A stretch of 36,566 nucleotides of DNA, taken from contig JBDGUY010000001.1 of the NCBI GenBank assembly GCA_039585935.1, positions 1 through 36,566 on the forward strand, written 5' to 3'. Positions 6,719-15,116 of the stretch are shown piece after piece. This DNA comes from Gemmatimonadota bacterium (lineage in GTDB: Bacteria; Gemmatimonadota; Gemmatimonadetes; Palauibacterales; Palauibacteraceae). The position numbers and the translations under genes were made by a program. The notes beneath the pieces are model-generated. The model saw only the letters and a list, made by a program, of their open reading frames with translations. It was not told the origin of the DNA and ran no database searches. The stretch's first letter is position 1, and every line of letters starts with the position of its first letter.

Positions 6719-8074
6719 GTGAGTGCCGTAGATCGCACCCGTCCGCCACCGTCTCAGCCGACTCCGCCGCCGGCGACACCGGAGTTTCACGAAACGGTCC
6801 TGTCCGGCGGATTTCGGGTCCGGGTCGCCACTGTCCCGAAGCTCCCTGAGGTCGCGATCCGGCTCATGGTGGATGGCGGCGCGGCGGTGGAATCCGCGGA
6901 AGATGCGGGCGTCGCGGCGCTCACCACCAAGGTGCTGCCGGCGGGAGCGGCCGGCCGCACGGCCATGCAGATGGCCGAATGGCTGGATCAGCTGGGGGCT
7001 TCGATTGGCAGCGGTGTCGGGCATGACTCGGCCCGGTTCTCCCTGCACACCCTGTCGGATACATGCGAGGAGGCGCTCGATTATCTGGCTTCGATCGTAC
7101 TCGCGCCGTCGTTCCTGCCCGAAGAAGTCGCCAGAGTCCGGGCGGAGCGACTGGACGAAGTCCGAAGAAGCGGTGACGAGCCGAGTGAGTTGGCCTCTGA
7201 GGCCCTGTCGGAGGCCGTGTTCGGTGATCATCCATACGGCAGACCGGTTCGGGGCCGGGTGGAGACGCTGGAGACGCTGGACAGCGCTCGTCTCCGCAGG
7301 TTCTGGGAGAGCAGCTACGAAGCGGGCTCGTCCTTCCTGGTCGCGGCAGGAGATGTGGATCCCGAGGCGTTCGTGGCCCTGGTCGAGCGGAGCTTCGGCG
7401 CATGGGCCTCCGGTGACGGGAGGAGCGCCGCGGTCAGACAGCCGGGGCCGGTAAATTCGGCGGGGAGCGTAAGGCTCGTCGACCGACCCGGAAGCCAGCA
7501 ATCCGAAATCCGGATCGGCGCGGTCGGCCTGGCCCGGGGAGACGAAGACGAGATTCCCGTTCTCGTCATGAACGCGATCCTGGGCGGACTGTTCAGTTCC
7601 CGGATCAACCTGAATCTCCGCGAAGACAAGGGGTGGACGTACGGTGCTCGCTCCGGATTCTCCATGCGACGAGCACCGGGGCCGTTCGTGGCGAGTGCTG
7701 CCGTCGACACGGCCGTCACCGCGCGGGCATTCGAGGAGATGCTGTCCGAGATTCGCAGCATGACCGAGCGGCCGCCCTCGGAGGAGGAGCTGGCACTCGC
7801 GCGCAACGCCCTGATTCTGTCCCTGCCTAGGCAATTCGAGACGACCAGTCAGGTCGCCTCGAAGGAGGCGGAACGAGTCGCGTACGACCTTCCGCCTGAC
7901 TGGTGGACGCGGTTTCCGGCCCGGGTCGAGAAGGTGGGTCGAGACGATGTCGTACGGATGGCGGAGCGGTACCTGGATCCTGCAGGGCTGGTAATGGTCG
8001 CCGTCGGTGAGGCAGACGCGCTGCGCGCTGATCTGGCGGCATTCGGAACTGTCGAAGAGCGTCCGGCACCTTGA
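6719..8074 (+). CDS. M16-family peptidase-like protein lacking the HxxEH motif (non-catalytic partner)
   Basis: Track ORF 6536..8074 trimmed to in-frame GTG 6719, 1 nt after the upstream TGA and preceded by GGAGAGGAGAG. The M16 fold pattern is present, but the zinc-motif position reads GVAALTTKVLPAGA. Confidence 0.85.
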   Translation: MSAVDRTRPPPSQPTPPPATPEFHETVLSGGFRVRVATVPKLPEVAIRLMVDGGAAVESAEDAGVAALTTKVLPAGAAGRTAMQMAEWLDQLGASIGSGVGHDSARFSLHTLSDTCEEALDYLASIVLAPSFLPEEVARVRAERLDEVRRSGDEPSELASEALSEAVFGDHPYGRPVRGRVETLETLDSARLRRFWESSYEAGSSFLVAAGDVDPEAFVALVERSFGAWASGDGRSAAVRQPGPVNSAGSVRLVDRPGSQQSEIRIGAVGLARGDEDEIPVLVMNAILGGLFSSRINLNLREDKGWTYGARSGFSMRRAPGPFVASAAVDTAVTARAFEEMLSEIRSMTERPPSEEELALARNALILSLPRQFETTSQVASKEAERVAYDLPPDWWTRFPARVEKVGRDDVVRMAERYLDPAGLVMVAVGEADALRADLAAFGTVEERPAP

Positions 8075-8123
8075 TCTTCGGGGGTTTTTCGGTTACCTTT
8101 TCCTCACGAACTCAGTCACACAA

Positions 8124-8729
8124 TTGAACGCGGAAAACCGGCCCTTGCCAGACGCTTCGGGAACGATTGAAACTCGTCCCGTGTTTCGGGGCCGCGTCCT
8201 CGACCTGAATGTCGAGCACGTGCGCTACCCGGATGGCACTGAAGGTCGGCTCGAGATCGTGCGGCACAGGGGTGCGGCGGCGGCTCTTCCCCTCTACCGG
8301 CCGGGGGAGTGGTCAGGCGGACCGGAAGCGGCGGTAATCCTGATCCGACAGCACCGGCACGCAACGGGCGGATATCTGTGGGAGCTTCCGGCGGGCAAGC
8401 TGGATGATGGCGAATCGCCTGAGTCCTGCGCCGCCAGAGAGCTCGAGGAGGAGACCGGAGTCCGGGCCGACGAGCTTCGCCGGCTCACGACGATCTGGAC
8501 GACTCCGGGGTTTACGGATGAGCGGATTCACGTGTTTCTGGCGACCGGACTGACACCGGGTCAGGCGGCGCTCGAGGATCACGAGTTCATCGAACGGCAC
8601 GAGATGCCGTTGCAGGAAGCCGTCGATCTGGTCCGAAACGGCGAGATCGACGATGCGAAGACCATGATTGCGCTGTTGTTGGCGGATAGACAACTCGAGC
8701 CGGGAGCTGCAGGCAACGCTCCGACCTGA
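8124..8729 (+). CDS. NUDIX hydrolase (ADP-ribose pyrophosphatase-like)
   Basis: NUDIX box GGYLWELPAGKLDDGESPESCAARELEEETG. The start is uncertain. TTG 8124 is the only canonical start after the upstream stop, and GTG 8007 would overlap the M16 gene by 68 nt. Confidence 0.8.
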   Translation: MNAENRPLPDASGTIETRPVFRGRVLDLNVEHVRYPDGTEGRLEIVRHRGAAAALPLYRPGEWSGGPEAAVILIRQHRHATGGYLWELPAGKLDDGESPESCAARELEEETGVRADELRRLTTIWTTPGFTDERIHVFLATGLTPGQAALEDHEFIERHEMPLQEAVDLVRNGEIDDAKTMIALLLADRQLEPGAAGNAPT

Positions 8730-8819
8730 CCAGGTGTCTCAAAGTCAGGGAATAGGATCGAGCTCCGTAATGTGTCACGCGCCCGGACGAGGGGGCACGT
8801 GATTATGAGATACGATGTA

Positions 8820-8840
8820 GATCATCGGGATCCGACGATC
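8820..8840. repeat. Near-perfect inverted repeat GATCATCGG-GAT-CCGACGATC upstream of the ECF sigma gene
   Basis: Read directly: 9-bp arms with one mismatch and a 3-nt spacer, ~50 nt upstream of ATG 8892, next to a locally AT-richer patch (gtgattatgagatacgatgtagatc). Confidence 0.4.
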
Positions 8841-8891
8841 AGGCATCGGTAGCTGCCGGGCCACCCGAGGCCCGGTGAACAAGGAGCGACA

Positions 8892-9533
8892 ATGACTGGA
8901 GTCCGGCTGGAAACGGCTACCAGGCAGTCTGGTGCGACAGATGAGCGTACCGATCTAAAGACACTGGACGACGCTGCCCTCGTCGCCGAGTATCTCGGCG
9001 GCCGGAGACGCGCGTTTCACGAGCTCGCGGATCGATATCATCTTCGGTTGCTGAACTTCATTTACCGGACGATCGGTGACAGGGACCGTGCCGAGGACCT
9101 GGTACAGGAGACGTTCGTTCGAGTATACAGGCATCTTCACCGGTTCGACCCGACGAAGAAGTTCTCCACCTGGATCTACACGATCGCCAGCAACCTCGCG
9201 AAGAACGAGTTGAGGAACCGGTCGCGGAATCCGATGGTCCTGTTCCAGGCGATCAAGAAGAACTGGGAAGCCGACCACCGACCGCTTCAGTGGGAGGACA
9301 ACTCGTATTCGCCCGATGACCTGTACCGAAAGCGACATCTTCGCGAGCAGGTCGAGAAGGCGGTTGCCGAGCTTCCCGAACATCACCGCGTCGTATTCGT
9401 GCTGCGCGAGATGGAAGGGAAGACGTACGAGGAAATCTCAGAGATCACGGGAGTCACTCTCGGGACCGTGAAGTCTCGCCTGAACCGGGCCCGGAACAAG
9501 TTCGCTCAGATCATTGGTCCGATGCTCGACTGA
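8892..9533 (+). CDS. ECF-type sigma-70 family RNA polymerase sigma factor
   Basis: Region 2 (DRAEDLVQETFVRVYRHLHRFD..FSTWIYTIASNLAKNELR) and region 4 HTH (LPEHHRVVFVLREMEGKTYEEISEITGVTLGTVKSRLNRAR). AAGGAG lies 5 nt upstream of the ATG. Confidence 0.9.
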   Translation: MTGVRLETATRQSGATDERTDLKTLDDAALVAEYLGGRRRAFHELADRYHLRLLNFIYRTIGDRDRAEDLVQETFVRVYRHLHRFDPTKKFSTWIYTIASNLAKNELRNRSRNPMVLFQAIKKNWEADHRPLQWEDNSYSPDDLYRKRHLREQVEKAVAELPEHHRVVFVLREMEGKTYEEISEITGVTLGTVKSRLNRARNKFAQIIGPMLD

Positions 9534-9564
9534 GGTAAACCTGACAGACGATTCGAGTAAGAGT

Positions 9565-9590
9565 CGAAGGCGGCCTCCGGGCCGCCTTCG
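9565..9590 (+). terminator. 11-bp perfect GC-rich hairpin after the sigma gene (terminator-like, poor U-tract)
   Basis: CGAAGGCGGCC-tccg-GGCCGCCTTCG, 32 nt after the sigma stop, followed by TTCATCC. Confidence 0.5.
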
Positions 9591-9644
9591 TTCATCCGGG
9601 AACCCCCATTCCTCAGCCGCGTATCACCGCCTCGTTGGGAGACT

Positions 9645-9672
9645 GAACACGTCCTGAAACCGGGACGTGTTC
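9645..9672 (+). repeat. 10-bp perfect inverted repeat/hairpin just upstream of the anti-sigma gene
   Basis: GAACACGTCC-tgaaaccg-GGACGTGTTC. The loop contains TGAAAC and a CGTT follows 15 nt later, a weak ECF-promoter-like arrangement. Confidence 0.4.
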
Positions 9673-9697
9673 CAGCGTTCACCGGAACCGTCGGCTC

Positions 9698-10285
9698 ATG
9701 CCGCGATCGAACGGAACGATGCACTGCGACTGCAATCGCTTCTTACAGGAATATTCGGACTACCGTGACGGCGCCCTGAGCGTCGAACAGGAAGCCGAGT
9801 TTCGTGAACACGTAGCGAAATGCCCCTGCTGCGCCCGCTACGATCGGGTGTTGCGAGTGGGCAGCGACTTGCTCGCCCATCTCCCGGCAGAGCAGCCTAC
9901 TGACGATTTCATGCCCCGCCTGCAGCACCGTCTCTACAACGTCGATGAAGGCTTGATCGATATGCCGGCGCACCGGTTCGCGGGTGGCGCCGCGCTGGTC
10001 GGCGTAGCGGCAGTCGGTCTTCTGGCCCTTTTCTGGCTGCCGTTTGCGGCGACCGTGCCGGTCGAGATGCAGCTCGATCCTGTCGCGGCGTTCGTGCCGC
10101 CGGCGATCGAGGCGGATGTCCCGGCCCTGTTTCGGAAGGGGCCGTTCGTCGACGCCTCATTCCGTAATAGAGGCGAAATCCTCGAGGCGGGAGCCGCGAT
10201 CTGGAAGCCGAGATCGCACGTCCACCCGACCGTGATCCTGGAATCCGAAGTCGGGGTCCAGGCGTCGGCGTCGCTCGGCCACTGA
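9698..10285 (+). CDS. Anti-sigma factor, zf-HC2 type, single-pass membrane protein
   Basis: HVAKCPCC (H-x3-C-x2-C) in the N-terminal domain, one TM helix (AALVGVAAVGLLALFWLPF), and a position downstream of the ECF sigma gene. The start is ATG 9698 or ATG 9719. Confidence 0.75.
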   Translation: MPRSNGTMHCDCNRFLQEYSDYRDGALSVEQEAEFREHVAKCPCCARYDRVLRVGSDLLAHLPAEQPTDDFMPRLQHRLYNVDEGLIDMPAHRFAGGAALVGVAAVGLLALFWLPFAATVPVEMQLDPVAAFVPPAIEADVPALFRKGPFVDASFRNRGEILEAGAAIWKPRSHVHPTVILESEVGVQASASLGH

Positions 10286-10304
10286 CTCGGCCGGTAGATC
10301 CGGC

Positions 10305-11321
10305 GTGAGCCTCGCCGCTGAGCAGCGGTTCGAACGCATCGTCGCCGGGGAATCCCTCAGCGGCGCTTTCTTCTTTCATGGAGATGCCGGGAAGCTCCGT
10401 GACGAAGCCGCCCGGCGGTTGGCGGACGCGGCCCTCGAGCCGGCGACCCGCGATTTCAACTTCGATGCCTATCGGGGGGCGGATGTGTCTCCCGAGTCTC
10501 TGGCAGCTGCCCTGGCGATGGCTCCGATGATGGCTCCACGCCGCGTAGTGGTCCTGTACGAGGCGGAGCGTCTCACTCCCAAGGGCTGCAAGGTCGTGGA
10601 GGACGTTCTGGAGAACCTCCCGGACGACTTGACCCTCATCATCACCGCGACGATTCCGGATCGCTCGAAGAAGGCGTTCTACAAGCGCCTCAAGGAGGGA
10701 GCCCTGAGTCTCGAGTGGTCTGCCCCCCGGGAGACGGAGGTGCCTGGCTGGCTGATCGAGCGCGCCGAACGTCGCTACGGAGTGAAGCTTGCCGCGGCTG
10801 CCGCGGCCGCCCTCGGGTCCGCCGTCGGAACGGACCCGGGTCTGCTGGACGCCGAACTGGCGAAGCTGGCGGGTGCCGCGTCCGAGGGCGCAGTGGAGCT
10901 GGAGCAGGTCCGGGAACTGGTACCGAACGTCCGGGATGTGAATCGCTGGGCCTGGTTCGACGTCGTCGGAAGCCGAGACTACATGCAGGCTCTCAGCCAG
11001 TTGCCCCGGCTGCTCGCCGCACCGAGCGAGAGCGCCGTCGGCCTGCTGAACGGCCTGGTCGAGCAGCACCTGTTTCTCGGCATTGCGGCGGAGGGTGGAG
11101 CCGGCCGGGTTACCGAGGTCCTTGGGCAGGTCGGCAAGCCGTACCTGAAGTGGAAGGCGAGGGGTTGGGCAGGACAGGCCCGGAAGTGGACCCCCGGGGA
11201 GGTCGATCGGGCCCTCGAGCTGCTGCTGGAGGCGGACCGACAGGCGAAGACCGGGCACGCTGACCTGGCCGTGCTCGAGGGCCTGCTGCTGCAGCTCGAG
11301 ACTCTCAAGCGGGGAATCTGA
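10305..11321 (+). CDS. holA: DNA polymerase III delta subunit
   Basis: 338 aa. The length and pattern fit (FFFHGDAGKLRDEAARRL.., ..LIITATIPDRSKKAFYKRL.., LDAELAKLA), but the motifs are weak by eye. Confidence 0.6.
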   Translation: MSLAAEQRFERIVAGESLSGAFFFHGDAGKLRDEAARRLADAALEPATRDFNFDAYRGADVSPESLAAALAMAPMMAPRRVVVLYEAERLTPKGCKVVEDVLENLPDDLTLIITATIPDRSKKAFYKRLKEGALSLEWSAPRETEVPGWLIERAERRYGVKLAAAAAAALGSAVGTDPGLLDAELAKLAGAASEGAVELEQVRELVPNVRDVNRWAWFDVVGSRDYMQALSQLPRLLAAPSESAVGLLNGLVEQHLFLGIAAEGGAGRVTEVLGQVGKPYLKWKARGWAGQARKWTPGEVDRALELLLEADRQAKTGHADLAVLEGLLLQLETLKRGI

Positions 11322-11323
11322 CG

Positions 11324-12127
11324 ATGCGTCCGGAAGTCCCGATTCTACTCGCTGTCGTGCTCGCCTTCTTTGCTCCGACCACGGGCCGATCTCAGACCGA
11401 CGAGAGTCTCGATGCCGCGGAACTGGCTGCTGATGCGGGCGACGTCGATCGGGCGCGGGCCTTCCTGCGCAGCTGGCTCGATTCGGAAGCGGCGGCCAGG
11501 CCGGATGCGGACGTGGGTCGGGCGCTGTTTCTGCGCGCCCGACTGGCGGAAAGCGTCGACTCAGCCGAAGTGGATTACCTGGAGGCGGCCCTTCGTGCTG
11601 ACGAACACTATGCTGCGCTCGCCCGCCTCCGGCTCGCGCAGCTGCGGCTGACCGGCGGTCAGCCGGCCCTCGCCGTGGGGGATCTCGAACTGCTCAGAGC
11701 CGATTTTCCGGGCAGTCCGCTGGTCCCGGAATCGTGGCTATGGAGCGGATTCGCGCTCGAAGTTCTCGGCGATCCGGCGGCAGCGTGCGCGGCATGGACC
11801 AGGGTGGCTGACGGACCACCGTCGGACCCGGTCGTGGCGCAGGCGAGGGACGGGCTCTCGGCCTGTACTGCCGGGCGCACGGTCGAGGCCGTCACCCCCG
11901 GCTACACGGTTCAGCTCGGAGCATTCAGCAGGCGCGAAGCTGCGGAAGATGTGCGGTCTCGCGCCTCTGCGACCGGAGCCGATGTCCGCGTGCATGAGCC
12001 GGATGCGTCAACGCCCCTCTACCGGGTGCGCGTGGGGCATTTCACGCGCAAGGACGATGCCGCGAGACTGGCTGTGCAGCTGCGCTCCGGCGGACTCGAG
12101 GCGATCGTCGTGTCGGAGGATCCGTGA
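11324..12127 (+). CDS. SPOR-domain protein with an N-terminal signal/anchor and a helical-repeat region
   Basis: C-terminal SPOR pattern YTVQLGAFSRREAAEDVRSR..LYRVRVGHFTRKDDAARLAVQLRSGGLEAIVV, and an N-terminal hydrophobic segment ILLAVVLAFFAP. Confidence 0.8.
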   Translation: MRPEVPILLAVVLAFFAPTTGRSQTDESLDAAELAADAGDVDRARAFLRSWLDSEAAARPDADVGRALFLRARLAESVDSAEVDYLEAALRADEHYAALARLRLAQLRLTGGQPALAVGDLELLRADFPGSPLVPESWLWSGFALEVLGDPAAACAAWTRVADGPPSDPVVAQARDGLSACTAGRTVEAVTPGYTVQLGAFSRREAAEDVRSRASATGADVRVHEPDASTPLYRVRVGHFTRKDDAARLAVQLRSGGLEAIVVSEDP

Positions 12128-14697
12128 CCCGCACCGCGGCGCACACGCCGCTGATCCAGCAGTATCTCGACATCAAGTCGCGGCACACTGATGCGATCCT
12201 GTTCTTCAGGGTCGGAGACTTCTACGAGATGTTTTTCGAGGATGCGGAGGAAGGGAGCAGACTCCTTGGCATTACGCTTACCTCGCGCAACAACGGCGCA
12301 TCGGACGTTCCTCTGGCCGGCGTGCCCGTCAAGGCGCTTGCCGAATACCTCCCGAGACTGGTGCGCCTCGGTCGAAAGGTCGCGATCTGCGAGCAGGTCG
12401 AGGACGCCTCTAAGGCGGAAGGACTCGTGCGACGGGAAGTCGTAGAGGTCGTTACGCCGGGAGCCGTGATCGACGATTCTCTTCTCGATCTGGGACGCAA
12501 CACCTTCGTCGCCGCGATCGCCGGTGACGATCCGATCGGCCTGGCCACGGCGGATCTCTCCACAGGCGAAGTCGAAGTCTGGGAGTGCGATGCGAGCGGC
12601 CTCGCGGACGAGCTGTTCCGGATCGAGCCGGCTGAGCTGTTGGTGAAGTCTTCATCGTCCGACGTGCCCGAGGGGCCATGGCTGGTTACGCACCGTGAGC
12701 CATGGAGATTCGAAGCGGAGGTCGGCGGGGAGGCCCTGCGCAGGGTGTACCGTACGGCAGGAATCGATGGCTTCGGGTTCGAGCTCCCGGGCGATCGACA
12801 CCTCGTAGCGGCTGCCGGGGCCGTTGCCGCGTACCTGGAGGAAATCCGTCCCGGCGGCCTGCGTCACCTCCGCCCGCCGCGCATCCAGCGACGAGGCAGA
12901 TTCCTGCACCTCGATGAAATGACGCGGCGGAATCTCGAGATCGTAGAACCCCTGCGGACGGGCGAGGGCGGAACGTTGATCGAAGTCCTGGACCGGACGC
13001 AGACGCCGATGGGGCGGCGGATGCTCAGACGGCGGATACTCCGACCGCTCGTGGACCGGGAAGAAATCGACGCGAGGCTCGACGCGGTGGCGGAACTCGT
13101 GGAGGAACGAGATCGCAGGCGTGACCTTCGAACTGCCCTCGGCACGGTGCGGGACCTCGAGCGGCTGGCGACCAGGGTCGCATTGGGACGGGTGGCCCCG
13201 CGGGAGGTCCTGAGCCTCGGTCGGCCCCTCGAGCCGCTTCCGGCTGTCGGTGAAACGATCGCGCCGTCGGTTGCCCGGAGGCTGCGGACGATCGCGGTGG
13301 ACTTCGACCCCCTGTCCGACGTTCGGCAGGAGATCGAATCCGCGATCGATCCCGACGCGCCTGTCGCCCTGTCGGCCGGCGGGGTGGTCCGGACCGGGTA
13401 CGATCACGGCCTCGACGAGCTTCGATCCACGCGGGACGGTGCTGTCGACTGGATTGCCCGGCTTCAAGCCGACGAGCGAAAAAGTACCGGCATCGACAGC
13501 TTGAAAGTCGGCTACAACAAGGTGTTCGGCTATTACATCGAAGTCACTCGATCGAATCTCTCCCGGGTACCCGACCGATACGACCGCAAGCAGACCCTGG
13601 CGAACGCCGAACGGTTCATCACTCCGGAACTCAAGGAGTGGGAAGCGAAAGTGTTCGATGCGGAGACGCGCATCGCCGAAGTCGAGGCCGAGCTGTTCCG
13701 CGAGTTGCGGGAGCGTCTCGCGGAGCACGTGTCGCGCATTCAGGACGCGGCGGAGCGGCTGGCGGAGCTGGACGTGCACGCGTCGCTGGCGGAGAGCGCC
13801 GAGCGGGACCGGTACGTGCGCCCCGAAGTTACCGACCAGTTCGGCCTCGAGATCGAGGCCGGCCGACACCCGGTGGTGGAGCAGCGGATCGCCCGAGAGG
13901 ACTTCATCCCCAACGATATTGCGTTGGATATCGACGAATTCGTGATGGTGCTCACCGGGCCGAACATGGCGGGGAAGTCGACCGTGCTGCGTCAGGTCGG
14001 CCTGATCGCTCTGATGGCCCAGGTCGGTTCGTTCGTGCCGGCCGATCGGGCGAGAATCGGTCTCTGCGATCGGGTGTTCACCCGGGTAGGCGCATCGGAC
14101 AGTCTCGCGCGCGGACAGAGCACTTTCATGGTCGAGATGACGGAGACGGCCACGATCCTCAACGGCGCCACGGACCGAAGTCTCATTCTGCTCGACGAGA
14201 TTGGACGGGGGACTTCGACCTACGACGGTGTAGCGATCGCATGGGCAGTGACGGAGTACATACATGAACGGGTGGGCGCGCGAACCGTCTTCGCGACTCA
14301 TTACCACGAGCTCGTAGAGCTGGCGGACTCGCTGCCCGGGGTTGGGGCGTGGAACGTCGCCGTTCGGGAGACCGGCGATGATATCGTGTTCCTGCGCCGG
14401 CTCGAGCCCGGAGGATGTGATCGGTCCTATGGCGTGCACGTGGCCCGGCTGGCCGGCGTGCCGCGTCCCGTGATCGACCGCGCGTTCGAAGTGCTGCACG
14501 AGCTTGAGGAAGGACCGGATGGTGGAACGCGGCTGGCACACCTGGTGGACCGCGCCCGGGACCAGCTGTCGCTGTTCGGAACTCGCGACCCTGCATTGGT
14601 CGACAGAATTGCGGCAGTGGATATCGACCGGCTCACTCCGGTGGATGCTCTCGTGCTGATCAATGAGTTGAAGCGGATGATAGAGGAAGAACAGTGA
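12124..14697 (+). CDS. mutS: DNA mismatch repair protein MutS
   Basis: N-terminal TPLIQQYLDIK..FFRVGDFYEMF, Walker A GPNMAGKST, and DEIGRGTSTYDG. 857 aa, with a GTGA overlap with the upstream stop. Confidence 0.97.
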   Translation: MTRTAAHTPLIQQYLDIKSRHTDAILFFRVGDFYEMFFEDAEEGSRLLGITLTSRNNGASDVPLAGVPVKALAEYLPRLVRLGRKVAICEQVEDASKAEGLVRREVVEVVTPGAVIDDSLLDLGRNTFVAAIAGDDPIGLATADLSTGEVEVWECDASGLADELFRIEPAELLVKSSSSDVPEGPWLVTHREPWRFEAEVGGEALRRVYRTAGIDGFGFELPGDRHLVAAAGAVAAYLEEIRPGGLRHLRPPRIQRRGRFLHLDEMTRRNLEIVEPLRTGEGGTLIEVLDRTQTPMGRRMLRRRILRPLVDREEIDARLDAVAELVEERDRRRDLRTALGTVRDLERLATRVALGRVAPREVLSLGRPLEPLPAVGETIAPSVARRLRTIAVDFDPLSDVRQEIESAIDPDAPVALSAGGVVRTGYDHGLDELRSTRDGAVDWIARLQADERKSTGIDSLKVGYNKVFGYYIEVTRSNLSRVPDRYDRKQTLANAERFITPELKEWEAKVFDAETRIAEVEAELFRELRERLAEHVSRIQDAAERLAELDVHASLAESAERDRYVRPEVTDQFGLEIEAGRHPVVEQRIAREDFIPNDIALDIDEFVMVLTGPNMAGKSTVLRQVGLIALMAQVGSFVPADRARIGLCDRVFTRVGASDSLARGQSTFMVEMTETATILNGATDRSLILLDEIGRGTSTYDGVAIAWAVTEYIHERVGARTVFATHYHELVELADSLPGVGAWNVAVRETGDDIVFLRRLEPGGCDRSYGVHVARLAGVPRPVIDRAFEVLHELEEGPDGGTRLAHLVDRARDQLSLFGTRDPALVDRIAAVDIDRLTPVDALVLINELKRMIEEEQ

Positions 14698-15116
14698 ACG
14701 GGTTCACCTCGGGCAGAGCGCTCGTCGCCACGACGTGCGTCGTCCTCGTCGGGTGCGCGGACACCGTGAATCCAAACCGGAGCGGGCTTCGGCTCGGACT
14801 GGAGGACGGGCCGTTACGTCCACCTGCGGCGGTCAAGGGAGACGTCTTCGAGTTCCCGCGCAGTGCCTGGGAGGACGGAATCAGCGGGACCACGGTACTG
14901 AAGATCATGATCGATGCGGACGGAACCGTCGATTCGGCCATCGTCCTCGAGTCGAGCGGTAACGATCGTCTCGACTCGGCGGCCGTAGCGAACTCGTCCA
15001 AGTTGCTGTATCGCCCGGCCGAGCAAGGTGGCGAACCGGTCCCGATCTGGGGCCGTCTGCCTGTCATCTATCCACCACCCGGAGAGGCAGACGCAGATGA
15101 CCGAACTCTTCCCTGA
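14694..15116 (+). CDS. Small lipoprotein carrying a TonB C-terminal-like domain
   Basis: Lipobox LVGC in MNGFTSGRALVATTCVVLVGCAD. TonB_C pattern FPRSAWEDGISGTTVLKIMIDADGTVDSAIVLESSGNDRLDSAAV..GEPV. GTGA overlap with the mutS stop. Confidence 0.75.
   Translation: MNGFTSGRALVATTCVVLVGCADTVNPNRSGLRLGLEDGPLRPPAAVKGDVFEFPRSAWEDGISGTTVLKIMIDADGTVDSAIVLESSGNDRLDSAAVANSSKLLYRPAEQGGEPVPIWGRLPVIYPPPGEADADDRTLP

Noticed and set aside
8749-8776. GGAAT..CGTAA as an autoregulatory ECF promoter upstream of the sigma gene
   Set aside because: The spacer is only 12 nt against the 16-17 nt required.
9909-11258. 449-aa minus-strand ORF and other long antisense or alternate-frame ORFs (6551..7834, 21538..22476, 21983..22918, 25978..27195, 30978..32354, 31664..32653, 33423..34610)
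   Set aside because: All are fully overlapped by plus-strand genes with strong family motifs, and all have biased R/P/G/S composition with no recognisable domains. They are GC artefacts.
12652-14541. 629-aa minus-strand ORF
   Set aside because: It is antisense to mutS, whose identity is unambiguous, and its composition is Arg/Pro-rich junk.
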